DNA of 54,381 nt from Betaproteobacteria bacterium (GCA_010030205.1 RGQD01000001.1:1-54381), one strand, 5' to 3'. Counted from the first letter of the stretch, positions 1 through 8,710 are shown. Notes: generated by a model not told the origin, from the letters alone. Program-made: numbers and translations.

Positions 1-105
1 GCCATCTTCTGGCTGGTCGGTGACCTGTCGGGTGCCCAGGGCGGACTGGGTTGCGGCGCGGCTGCGCTGGTCTTCGCCGCTTGGTTGAGCTGGCGCGGTC
101 AGGCC
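1..105 (+). other. Inverted internal fragment of a FecCD/BtuC permease
   Basis: Frame +1 reads [33 protein letters not shown]. FWLxGDLS is the conserved mid-protein FecCD motif, but here it is on the opposite strand to the N-terminal part. Confidence 0.7.
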
Positions 106-411
106 GGCGCCCAGCCACAGGCTCAATCCCGACATCAGCGCCAGCAGCCCGCCGACCGACGCCCCTCCCGAGGTGCCCAGCACATAGGGATCGGCCAGTG
201 GGTTGCGCAGCAACACCTGCATCGCCAAGCCGGCCAACGCCAGCAGCGCGCCCACGCCCACCGCAGCCGCCACCCGCGGCGCGCGCAGCTGGGTGATCAG
301 CTCGCGGTCCAGCCCGGCGCTGCCCAGCGCTAGGCCGGCCAGCACGGCCGCGCCCAACAGCGCCAGCAAGGCCGCAGCCAGGGCGGTGCGTCGTGTGTCG
401 GTCAAGCCCAT
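100..411 (-). pseudogene. btuC: FecCD/BtuC-family ABC permease, N-terminal ~104 codons, interrupted by an inversion junction near 100-110
   Basis: ATG at 411 reads MGLTDTRR...[44 protein letters not shown] (FecCD motifs R.PR and RNPLADP), just downstream of btuB. After ...WLGAGL the frame becomes non-hydrophobic and unrelated. Confidence 0.8.
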
Positions 412-426
412 GTCAAGGAGCGTTGT

Positions 427-2268
427 TCAGTCCTGCAGGCGCCATCGCAGACCAGCAAACACGCCACGTGGTGGCTGGTTATAGCCATTGACGGTCTGGT
501 AAACCGTGTTGCCGAGGTTCTCGATGCGGGCGAACCAGTGCAGGCGGCGGGTCTGGTCCCACTGCACGGTGAGGTCGGCCACGGTGTAGGCCGCCAAGCT
601 CAGGCCACTGCGGTCCGGGCGCGAACTGGCGTAGCGAGCCGCCAGACCGGCGCGCCAGCCGGCGCCCAGATCCTGCGACGCGACGACCGACGCCAGCTCG
701 TTGCTGCGCCGCAGCAGCGCCAGGCCAGTCACGTCGTCGATCGGGCGTTGCGAGCTCAGGCTGGCCCGCAGATCGGTGGTCGCGATGCGGCCGTTGTAGG
801 ACAGTTCCAGCCCGCGGTTGCGGGTGCGCGCCAGGTTGCTGAAGTTGGTGGTGGGGTCGTACTGAAACTCGTCTTTGACCCGAGACTCGAACAGTGTCGC
901 GCGCAGGCGCTGACCCGGCACCGCCCACTGCAGGCCGAGCTCGGCCGAACGGGCACTCTCGGGCTGCAAGGCCGGATTGCCGTAGGGCCCGTACAGGTAG
1001 CCCAGCGGGGGGGCGCTAAAGGCGGTCGCCAGGTTGGCGATCAGCTTCCAGGCCGGCACCATTTGCCAGCCCCACCCCAGGCTGCCGGTGCCCTTGGAGC
1101 CGACGCCGCCGATTTGATCCTGGCGCAGGTTTAGCGCCAGATCATGGCTGGCGATCCGCGTTTGCAGACCACCGAACAAGGCCGTTGCAGACCGCGCCTG
1201 GGCCAAAGCGCCGCCAAAGTTGTCATCGCCATCGATGCGCTGGCGCTGCTGGTCCAGGCCGGCGCGCAAGGTGGTGTTGGGCGACAGCTCCACGCTGTTG
1301 ACCCAGTTGAGCCCGTCGACCCGGGTTTTGTAGCGTGCGTTGTAACCAAAGCTGCCGCTCTCGCGGTACGCCGCATCGTCGGTCTGACTGGACAGAATGA
1401 GCTGGCTGCGCCAGGCCGTGTTGATCTCGTTGTCGCTGCTGACGCTGAGCAGATTCTTGCGGGTGCGGCTGGTCTGCACGTCGGCCGGCGTGGCGAAAGC
1501 CGAGTCGTAGTTCAGATGGCCATCGCTGTGCACCCAGCCGAAGCCCAGGCGCTGGCCTTTGGCCAGCGTCTGCGACAGGTTGAACGAGGCGCTGGAGTTG
1601 CGGTAGCCATCCTTGTCGGGATTGGCGGCGGGGGTCTGTGCGGTGTTGATCGCCGAGAAACCCTGGTCGCTGACGCGCGACACCCCCAGTGACAGCGAGG
1701 TCGCGCCCAGCGTCGCGAAAGCCTGCGCTGAGCCGCGCAACAGACCCCTCGAACCCCCTTCGATCTGAATGCTGGCTTGCGGTGTGGCGCCGGCCTGGCG
1801 GGTGAATACCTGGATCACGCCGCCGATCGCGCCGCTGCCATACAACGCCGAGACGTTGCCACGCACGATCTCGACATGATCGATCTGGTCGAGCATCAGG
1901 TGCTCGATGCCGACTTGGCCGGTAGCGTCCTGGCGCGACAGCGGCATGCCGTCGACCAGCACCAGCACTTCGAGCATTGGCGCACCGCGCACGAACAGCG
2001 AGGTGGCGCTGCCACGCCCGCCACTGGTAGCGAACTGCACACCGGCTTCAGCCGCCAACAGCGTGGTCAGGTCGACCGCCTGCGAGCGCTCGATGTCCTG
2101 GCGTCGCAGCACCGTGGTGTGAGGCAGCGTGTCGGTGAGCATCTGGGGGCCGCGCGCAGCGGTCACCACGACGGTGTCAACATCATCGGCATGCGCCGAT
2201 GGGACGCAAGCAGCCATAGCGGCGGCGAGCATGGGGCGCCAAAGACGCGTCAAGAAAGAAAAGGCCAT
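427..2268 (-). CDS. btuB: TonB-dependent cobalamin receptor
   Basis: Signal peptide, TonB box DTVVVTA, plug motif IDHVEIVRGNVSALYGSGAIGGVIQVFT, C-terminal beta strand. 613 aa from ATG 2268, preceded by a cobalamin riboswitch. Confidence 0.9.
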   Translation of the reverse strand: MAFSFLTRLWRPMLAAAMAACVPSAHADDVDTVVVTAARGPQMLTDTLPHTTVLRRQDIERSQAVDLTTLLAAEAGVQFATSGGRGSATSLFVRGAPMLEVLVLVDGMPLSRQDATGQVGIEHLMLDQIDHVEIVRGNVSALYGSGAIGGVIQVFTRQAGATPQASIQIEGGSRGLLRGSAQAFATLGATSLSLGVSRVSDQGFSAINTAQTPAANPDKDGYRNSSASFNLSQTLAKGQRLGFGWVHSDGHLNYDSAFATPADVQTSRTRKNLLSVSSDNEINTAWRSQLILSSQTDDAAYRESGSFGYNARYKTRVDGLNWVNSVELSPNTTLRAGLDQQRQRIDGDDNFGGALAQARSATALFGGLQTRIASHDLALNLRQDQIGGVGSKGTGSLGWGWQMVPAWKLIANLATAFSAPPLGYLYGPYGNPALQPESARSAELGLQWAVPGQRLRATLFESRVKDEFQYDPTTNFSNLARTRNRGLELSYNGRIATTDLRASLSSQRPIDDVTGLALLRRSNELASVVASQDLGAGWRAGLAARYASSRPDRSGLSLAAYTVADLTVQWDQTRRLHWFARIENLGNTVYQTVNGYNQPPRGVFAGLRWRLQD

Positions 2269-2297
2269 GGAAGGAGTGAACCGGAAAACAAGCGCCG

Positions 2298-2618
2298 GCC
2301 CCCGCTTCCCCGCGAGGGCATAGGCAATGTGGCTGCAGCATGCGCTGACAGCCCCTTGTTGGCCGGTATCCGGGCTGGCGGAGACAACCCCTGTGGCCTT
2401 CCCGACCCCTCGCGGGATCAGTGGCGTCTGACACAGGAGCTGGAATCGGCAGGCCGCGAGGTCTGTCAAATTCCGTCCGCTTACCGTTGCGGGGGCAGCG
2501 CAGGTTGGGCTGTTGAGACTGCGACCGAGTGGTTGCAAGCTCGCCATCCGCTGGATGGCAGCCTTCCTGCTTCCCGTTTAACCCAGCCATCTTTTGACAA
2601 GCGGCCAGAGCACCAACA
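2298..2618 (-). promoter_or_regulatory. Cobalamin riboswitch (aptamer ~2357-2618, P13 hairpin 2298-2319)
   Basis: Minus strand: TGTTGGTGC...TTAAACGGGAAGCAGG...CCTGCGCTGCCCCCGCAACGGTAA...GCCACTG...GGGAAGGC...GCCAGCCCGGATACCGGCCAACA. Downstream hairpin CCCTCGC-GGGGAA-GCGGGGG has a loop that can kiss the CCCCC loop. -10-like TAGTAT at 2625-2630. Confidence 0.93.
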
Positions 2619-2718
2619 GCAACGATACTACCGCATCCGACACGCGGTGAGCTTCTCGGCCAACCAGCCCGACCCGCCGCCTACAATAAAGCTCACCCAC
2701 TGGAAGCGGCTGCAGCCC

Positions 2719-2964
2719 ATGTCGAGACTCGATGATCTTGCCGAGCGAATCGAACGCCTGGTGCTGCGGCACGAGGAACTCAAGCGCACCAACACGCTGC
2801 TCGAGCAACAGCTGGGCAGCGTGAGCAGCGAGCGCGACAGCCTGAAATCAAGGTTGGCTGCGGCCCGGGCCCGCATTGACGCACTGCTGGACCGCTTGCC
2901 CACCGACTCGGCACCCAATCCGGCCGAGCGCGCGAGGCGGTGGCCATCGTCGACCGGGAGATGA
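2719..2964 (+). CDS. DUF904/ZapB-like coiled-coil cell-division protein (C-terminus probably altered by a deletion)
   Basis: MSRLDDLAERIERLVLRHEELKRTN...ERDSLKSRLAAARARIDALLDRLP is a heptad coiled coil upstream of zapA. TACAAT -10 at 2682-2687. Confidence 0.85.
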   Translation: MSRLDDLAERIERLVLRHEELKRTNTLLEQQLGSVSSERDSLKSRLAAARARIDALLDRLPTDSAPNPAERARRWPSSTGR

Positions 2965-3182
2965 GCCTGATTCGCGATGCTGGCAAGGTCAAGGCGCGCG
3001 AGCGCATCGCCGTGCTGACCGCGCTCAATCTCGCTTACCAACGCGCAGAGCATGCCCATGTCGCACCGCTGGCGGCCAGCAGTGCGGCCGTCACTGTGGC
3101 GACCGAAGCCGGCACGCTCGACATCGACCACTTGATCCGCCGCATCGACCAGGCACTTGGCGACGACGGTCAACTGCTGTGA
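2931..3182 (+). pseudogene. zapA: ZapA lacking its N-terminal ~25-30 residues
   Basis: REAVAIVDREMSLIRDAGKVKARERIAVLTALNLAY...IDQALGDDGQLL is the ZapA core. The upstream frame reaches TGA at 2877-2879 with no ZapA N-terminal strands; only GTG 2940 is available as a start. Confidence 0.7.
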
Positions 3183-3239
3183 AATTTTTCGCAGCCTTTG
3201 AACAACCCGGCAACCCGCCGGCATGCTTAGAATGGGATC

Positions 3240-3410
3240 GTCCGTTGCGTTTGCGTGAGTCTAATTTCCTTGATGCTCATTGAGCCAGGGCTTGGGATAT
3301 TGCGAGGCTGGTGTGATCGTCTCGCGTCAGATGAACCCGAAGCTTCGCTGACCTCGCCCACCTGATCCTCCCTTAGGGATCAGGAATGCGGCTCACGGTT
3401 CGCAACGGAC
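3240..3410 (+). ncRNA. ssrS: 6S RNA
   Basis: Directly downstream of zapA. Termini GTCCGTTGCG / CGCAACGGAC pair, internal GTGAGTC/GGCTCAC pair, and a 3' hairpin CCTGATCC..GGATCAGG is present. TAGAAT -10 at 3228-3233. Confidence 0.88.
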
Positions 3411-3414
3411 ACCC

Positions 3415-3888
3415 ATGCCGCGCCATTGGTTGATGAAAACCGAGCCTTCAGACTGCTCGATCGACGATCTGGCACAGGCGCCCAGTCAGACGCTGAGATG
3501 GGTGGGTGTGCGCAATTACCAGGCGCGCAACTTCATGCGCGATGCGATGCGGCCCGGCGACGGCGTGTTGTTCTACCACTCATCCTGCGCCTTGCCCGGC
3601 GTGGCAGGCTTGGCCGAAGTGGTCAGCGAAGCCGGCCCGGATGCCACCCAGTTCGATCCATCGAGCCAGTACTTCGACGCCAAGTCGCAACCCGACTCTC
3701 CGCGTTGGCTGCAAGTGGCCGTCAGACTGGTCGACAAGACCCGGCTGCTGTCGCTGCGCGAGATGCGCGGGCGACCCGAACTCTCGACGATGGTCTTGCT
3801 CAAACCTGGCAACCGGCTGTCGATCACCCCCGTCACCCCCGCCGAATGGCAGGCTGTGATCGCTTTGTTGTTGCCCCCGGAGACCTGA
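3415..3888 (+). CDS. EVE domain protein
   Basis: WLMKTEP...WVGVRNYQARNFMRD...FYHSSC...NRLSITPV are EVE signatures. Confidence 0.93.
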   Translation: MPRHWLMKTEPSDCSIDDLAQAPSQTLRWVGVRNYQARNFMRDAMRPGDGVLFYHSSCALPGVAGLAEVVSEAGPDATQFDPSSQYFDAKSQPDSPRWLQVAVRLVDKTRLLSLREMRGRPELSTMVLLKPGNRLSITPVTPAEWQAVIALLLPPET

Positions 3889-4709
3889 TGTCGTTTCTCG
3901 ATCCCATGTTGGTGTTGGAGTTGCTTGCGCTGGGGGTGTTCACCGGCTTTTTGGCCGGCCTGTTGGGCATTGGTGGTGGCATGCTGATGGTGCCCTTCCT
4001 GACCTTCATCTTCAACCACCGCGGGATCGAGCAAGGTCTGGCCGTGAAGATGGCGATCGCCACCTCGATGGCGACCATCCTGTTCACCTCACTTTCCAGC
4101 GTTCGAGCGCACCACCAGCGCGGTGCGGTGCGCTGGGACTTGGTGCGTCAACTGGTGCCGGGGATCGTGATCGGCGGGCTGCTATCGGGCGCCGGCGTCT
4201 TCTCATTGCTCAAGGGCCGGGCGCTGGCGCTGTTGTTCGTCGGCTTCGTCGTCTTCTCGGCCACCCAGATGCTGGTCAATCGCAAGCCCAAACCCAGCCG
4301 GCAAATGCCGGGGCCGCTAGGCGCGGGCGCCGCCGGCAGCGCGATCGGTCTGGTGTCAGGCCTGGTCGGCGCTGGCGGCGCTTTCATCTCGGTGCCGTTC
4401 ATGACCTGGTGCAACATCACGATGAGCCAGGCCGTGGCCACGAGCGCGGCACTGGGCTTCCCGATCTCGCTGGCCAATACCTTGGGCTACGTGATCGCCG
4501 GTTGGAACCTGCCCGCCGTCATCCCCGGCGCGTCAGGCTACCTGATGCTGCCCGCGCTCGGCGTGATCGCAGTGGCCAGCATGCTGACCGCCCCGCTGGG
4601 CGCGCGCTTCGCGCATTCCTTGGACACGCAACAACTGAAAAGAGTGTTCGCGGTGCTGCTGTACGGCCTGGGCAGCTACATGGCTTGGCGCGTGCTCAGC
4701 GAGCCCTGA
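3888..4709 (+). CDS. TauE/SafE (TSUP) sulfite-exporter family membrane protein
   Basis: Repeated GLLGIGGG / GLVGAGG and AIATS / AVATS motifs with about 8 TM helices. TGATG overlap with the EVE stop. Confidence 0.9.
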   Translation: MSFLDPMLVLELLALGVFTGFLAGLLGIGGGMLMVPFLTFIFNHRGIEQGLAVKMAIATSMATILFTSLSSVRAHHQRGAVRWDLVRQLVPGIVIGGLLSGAGVFSLLKGRALALLFVGFVVFSATQMLVNRKPKPSRQMPGPLGAGAAGSAIGLVSGLVGAGGAFISVPFMTWCNITMSQAVATSAALGFPISLANTLGYVIAGWNLPAVIPGASGYLMLPALGVIAVASMLTAPLGARFAHSLDTQQLKRVFAVLLYGLGSYMAWRVLSEP

Positions 4710-4734
4710 GCCTCGCACCCGGCAGCGGCGATCG

Positions 4735-4813
4735 CGCTCTCAAGCAAATCTGGCTTTGCCACTTTGCTTGATCCCCACGGGGGGGCGGCCGGCTTCGGCC
4801 AGCCTTGGGGCGG
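4735..4813 (-). repeat. Palindromic interspersed element, copy C
   Basis: Starts immediately after the panE-like TGA: CCGCCCCAAGGC..GGCCG-AAGC-CGGCC..CCCC-CCGT-GGGG..TCAAGCAAA-G-TGGC-AAA-GCCA-GA-TTTGCTTGA. Shares CCGyCCCAAGGC, CCCC-n-GTGGGG and GCTTG with the copy at 15837-15912. Confidence 0.65.
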
Positions 4814-5827
4814 TCAGATCGGCTGCAACGCCAGCCGCCCGTGGCGCTGTGCCAGCGTTCGACCGAGCAAGCTGGTGACCGCATGGATCGCTTCGATGGT
4901 CGGCGTCGGCGTCCCGGTGATCTGCCCGAGTTCGGCCACCGCACCGACCAGCGCTTCGAGTTCCAGCGCGCGTCCGCTCTCCACATCCTGCAGCATCGAA
5001 GTCTTGTGCGCACCAACGGCCTCGGCGCCGGCGATTCGCTGGGCCAGCGAGATCTTGAAGCGCACGCCCAATGCCTCGGCCACCGACTGGCCTTCGGTCA
5101 TCATGCGCTCGACCAACGCAAGCGTCGGCGGGAATCGGCAGATCTCTTCCAAGGTCGCGTGGGTCAGCGCCGAAATCGGGTTCAAGCTCAGGTTGCCCCA
5201 GAGCTTGACCCAGAGCTCGGCCCGGATATCGCGCGACACTGGCGACTTGAAGCCGGCATTCATGAAGACACGCGACAGCGAGTCGACACGCTCGCTGCGG
5301 CTGCCGTCGAGCTCGCCCAGCGTGAAACGGTTGCCCTCGATCACCCGCACCAAGCCCGGTTCGACCAACTCGGCCGCCGGGTAGACCACGCTGCCGATGA
5401 TGCGCTCGCACTCGATGCCCGCAGCCAGCGCGCCGTCAGGGTCGACCCGGGTCACCGCCCGGCCTTCATAAGGCCCGGCCAGCTTCTGAAAATACCACCA
5501 GGGCACGCCGTTGATCATCGTCACAAGCAGCGTGCGTGGACCGAACAGTGCGCGCAGCCCCGGCAACAAATCGCGAACCTGGTGTGCCTTGACGGTCAGC
5601 AGCACGGCGTCCTGTGGCCCCGCATCGGCCATCTGCTCGACCGCGCGAACCTTCTGCGCGTGCAGCATGCTGCCGTCCTCCAGGATCAGCTTGAAACCGT
5701 GGGCGTTGATGGCGGACAGGTTGCGGTTGCGGGCGATGAAAGTGACGTCCTCGCCCGCCGCAGCCAGCCTCGCGCCCAGGTAACCGCCGATGGCACCCGC
5801 GCCGACGATGGCGATCTTCATGTTCAT
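4814..5827 (-). CDS. Ketopantoate reductase (PanE/ApbA) family, probable oxalyl-CoA reductase-like
   Basis: MKIAIVGAGAIGG Rossmann motif, NGVPWWYF, WVKLWGNLSLNPISALT, HKTSMLQD. Follows the oxalate-CoA ligase-like gene. Confidence 0.85.
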   Translation of the reverse strand: MNMKIAIVGAGAIGGYLGARLAAAGEDVTFIARNRNLSAINAHGFKLILEDGSMLHAQKVRAVEQMADAGPQDAVLLTVKAHQVRDLLPGLRALFGPRTLLVTMINGVPWWYFQKLAGPYEGRAVTRVDPDGALAAGIECERIIGSVVYPAAELVEPGLVRVIEGNRFTLGELDGSRSERVDSLSRVFMNAGFKSPVSRDIRAELWVKLWGNLSLNPISALTHATLEEICRFPPTLALVERMMTEGQSVAEALGVRFKISLAQRIAGAEAVGAHKTSMLQDVESGRALELEALVGAVAELGQITGTPTPTIEAIHAVTSLLGRTLAQRHGRLALQPI

Positions 5828-5844
5828 CGCAACCCAGTCCGGGA

Positions 5845-7371
5845 TCAGCCCAGACCTAGCTTTTGCGCCAGGCCGATACGCTGCAGCTTGCCGGTCGCGC
5901 CCTTGGGGATCTCGTCCATGAACAGGATCTTCTTGGGCACCTTGTAGTCGGCGGCCCGGCCGGCGACGAAGGCCTGCAGCTCGCGCTCGGTGGCAGCCTG
6001 GCCCTCGCGCAGCACCACCACTGCGGCCACCTCCTCGCCCAGCTTGGGATGCGGCATGCCAAAGCACACCACCTGGGCCACCGCCGGATGGTCCATCAGC
6101 AACTCGTCGACCTCGCGCGGGCTGATCTTCTCGCCACCGCGGTTGATGATCTCCTTCAGTCGCCCGGTGATGCTGACGTAAGCCTCGTCGTCCATCACAC
6201 CTTGGTCGCCGGTGCGAAACCAGCCGCCGCGGTAGCCCTCAGCGTTGGCAGATGGGTTGTTCTCGTAGCCCGCGGTGACGTTGTCGCCCCGGATCACGAT
6301 CTCGCCGACCCCGCCGGCGGGCAGCAGGCTGCCGTCGCCGGCCATGATCGCGACCTCGGGGCCAGCGGCCCGGCCCACGGTGCCGGGCTTGCGGGCGGCC
6401 GGCGGCAAGGGGTTGGAGGTCATCTGGTGGGTCGCCTCGGTCATGCCATAGGCCTCGATCAGCGGCGCGCCGAACACGGCTTCGAGCTCGCGTATCACCT
6501 GCGGCGGCATCGACGACGAAGACGAGCGCATGAAGCGCAGCGGATGGCGCGCGATCACCTCGGCGTTCTTGCCGGCACGCCCGACGATGGCCTGGTGCAT
6601 CGTCGGCACGGCGGTGTACCAGGTCGGGCGGGCTTCGTCCATCCACGCGAAGAATTTCAGCGCGTTGAAACCCGGGGTGCAGAACACCTGCGAGCCGGCA
6701 GCGAGCGGCGCCAGCACGCCGGCGATCAGGCCGTGGATATGGAACAGCGGCATGATGTTGAGGCCGCAATCCCCCGGCACGAACTGCAGCGTGCGGGCGA
6801 TGCTGCTGGCCGAGGCACACAGATTGCGTTGCGACAGCGGCACGATCTTGGGCCGCGAGGTGGTGCCTGAGGTGTGCAGCACCATCGAGATGTCGTCGGG
6901 CTGGGCGAAGCCGCCCACCCCAGTGGGCAACACATCACGCTGGTCACGGGCTTGCAGCCCAAAGCTGCCGGCGCCTTGGTCGGCACGGGCCACCAGGTCT
7001 AGCACGCGCAGGCCCAGCTTCTCGGCCACAGCGATCGCCGGGGAACTGCTGCCCTGCTCGACGATCAGCGCCTTGGCGTTCAGGTCGGCGAGGTAGAACT
7101 CGAACTCCTCGCTGCGGTAGCCGGGGTTGAGCGGCGCACTCGTGACGCCGCAGGCGCAGGCTGCGAAGCAGGCAGCCATCTCGGGGCCGTTGTTCAACAC
7201 GATCGCCACGCGGTCGTTGCGGCCTATGCCCCAGGCGTTCAGACTGGCCAGTGTCTCGACGATCAAGGCGCGCAGCGCCCGGAAGTCGAGCGCTGCGCGG
7301 CCAGGGGCCGAAATCGCGGGCGCATCGGCAGCGCCGGTGGCCAGCAGGTCGTTCAGGGAGGTCGGCAACAT
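5845..7371 (-). CDS. Acyl-CoA synthetase, oxalate-CoA ligase-like (AAE3/Pcs60/Oxs clade)
   Basis: HTSGTTSRPKIVPL, MPLFHIHGL, TWYTAVPTMHQ, EAYGMTEATHQMTSNPLP, GWFRTGDQG, RGGEKISP. Alternative start at 7395. Confidence 0.85.
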   Translation of the reverse strand: MLPTSLNDLLATGAADAPAISAPGRAALDFRALRALIVETLASLNAWGIGRNDRVAIVLNNGPEMAACFAACACGVTSAPLNPGYRSEEFEFYLADLNAKALIVEQGSSSPAIAVAEKLGLRVLDLVARADQGAGSFGLQARDQRDVLPTGVGGFAQPDDISMVLHTSGTTSRPKIVPLSQRNLCASASSIARTLQFVPGDCGLNIMPLFHIHGLIAGVLAPLAAGSQVFCTPGFNALKFFAWMDEARPTWYTAVPTMHQAIVGRAGKNAEVIARHPLRFMRSSSSSMPPQVIRELEAVFGAPLIEAYGMTEATHQMTSNPLPPAARKPGTVGRAAGPEVAIMAGDGSLLPAGGVGEIVIRGDNVTAGYENNPSANAEGYRGGWFRTGDQGVMDDEAYVSITGRLKEIINRGGEKISPREVDELLMDHPAVAQVVCFGMPHPKLGEEVAAVVVLREGQAATERELQAFVAGRAADYKVPKKILFMDEIPKGATGKLQRIGLAQKLGLG

Positions 7372-7461
7372 CGGAGGAGATCCTGGAGAAGGCATTCGGT
7401 CAAGGCGATCAAGCGAGCCGGTTTGCGTATTTTGACGTCACGCTGCAACCCAGCTCGGGTT

Positions 7462-8484
7462 TCAGTCCATCTGCAAGCGTATGCGGGCCAGCGCAACGCC
7501 GTTGCCACCACGGCGTTGGGCCTCCTCCAAGGCAGCTGAACTGGCCGCCATCAGCTCGGCTTGGCTGCTCGCGGTGTGGGGATAGCTCGCCACCCCCATC
7601 GACACGCTGAAACGCAGCGCCTCGCCGGCCAGCACCACGATCTGGGTCGCGCATTGGCGGCGCAAGCCCTCCATGCGCGAATGCGCGGTCGCCAAGCCCA
7701 CACCGGACAGCAACACGGCGAAACGCCGTTGACCGACGCGGCAGGATGAGTCCATCGCCCGCGTGTTGCCGCGCAGCAAGCTCCCCATGGCCTCGCAGAT
7801 CCGATCGTGCGCCGGCGCGCCGGGCTGATCAGTGTCGATCGTGATGTAGACCAATGCGAATTCACGGTGCTCGCGGGCCGACAGATCGAGTTCGCGGCGC
7901 AACTGGTCGTCGAATTGCGCCTGGTCGTAGGGGCCGCCGGTCGCTTCGCGCGGTCCTTGGTGGGCCAGCTCGCGCCGCAAGTTCTGGTTGGACTGCTGCG
8001 CTTGCTCGAGCTGATCGAGCAAGAGCCGCAGCTGGGCCTCACGTTGGCGCTGCGGGCCCAACTCCTGCCAGATGCTGCAGATCAGGCGCTGGCCGTCAGC
8101 GACCGACGACCCGCTGGTGGCGAGCCGCAAGACCTGGAACTCACGGCGCTCGTCTCGCAGTTCGAACTGGTGCATGCTGGCCAGCGCGCTGCCCTGCACC
8201 AGCGCGGTGTGGTCCGCGGCACGCATCAGTGCGACCGCCGCCGGTTCCAGTAACTCGGCGTCGCTGCGGCCTACGATCTCGGCTTGCGGGCGGCCGAGCA
8301 ACTCAGCCAGCGCCAGATTGACCAGCAGGTAGCGGCCGTCATCGGCCAGCTTGACACCAAGCGCCAGCCCTTGCTGCTGCGCCCAGGCCAACAGTGACTG
8401 CGCCAACACGCCATCGACGACTGGCTCGTCAGCCACAGGGCCAGGAATCGAGCCCTCGGTTGCTGCAGCGGCGGGGTTCATCAT
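7462..8484 (-). CDS. PAS + coiled coil + degenerate GGDEF protein
   Basis: PAS-like DGRYLLVNLALAELLG...IVGRSDAEL. GGDEF fold with RAMDSSCRVGQRRFAVLL and SVSMGVASYP. Confidence 0.8.
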   Translation of the reverse strand: MMNPAAAATEGSIPGPVADEPVVDGVLAQSLLAWAQQQGLALGVKLADDGRYLLVNLALAELLGRPQAEIVGRSDAELLEPAAVALMRAADHTALVQGSALASMHQFELRDERREFQVLRLATSGSSVADGQRLICSIWQELGPQRQREAQLRLLLDQLEQAQQSNQNLRRELAHQGPREATGGPYDQAQFDDQLRRELDLSAREHREFALVYITIDTDQPGAPAHDRICEAMGSLLRGNTRAMDSSCRVGQRRFAVLLSGVGLATAHSRMEGLRRQCATQIVVLAGEALRFSVSMGVASYPHTASSQAELMAASSAALEEAQRRGGNGVALARIRLQMD

Positions 8485-8710
8485 GGCATGGGTCGGCAAG
8501 CGCAGATCCTGTGATCAGACCGTTTCGTGGAGGGCAAGATTTTGAAGCCGTACCCGAGCGGCGCAGACCTCAGGCTGATGATACCGAGCGTGGCCACCAG
8601 CTGTTGACGCAAAATGACGGCGGATTCAGTTCGGCCGGAACAGGGTGGTCACGTGGTACTTCGGCCCGGAACTTGCTGGGTGGGGACCAACAACAACCTG
8701 GACTGAGGCA

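Noticed and set aside
1777-2718. 395-aa plus-strand ORF and 706-aa BtuB N-terminal extension
   Set aside because: They run through antisense btuB and the riboswitch; the likely starts are 2719 and 2268.
8604-8617. FNR-like TTGAC-n4-AATGA upstream of ybiB
   Set aside because: The right half-site is too degenerate to support a call.
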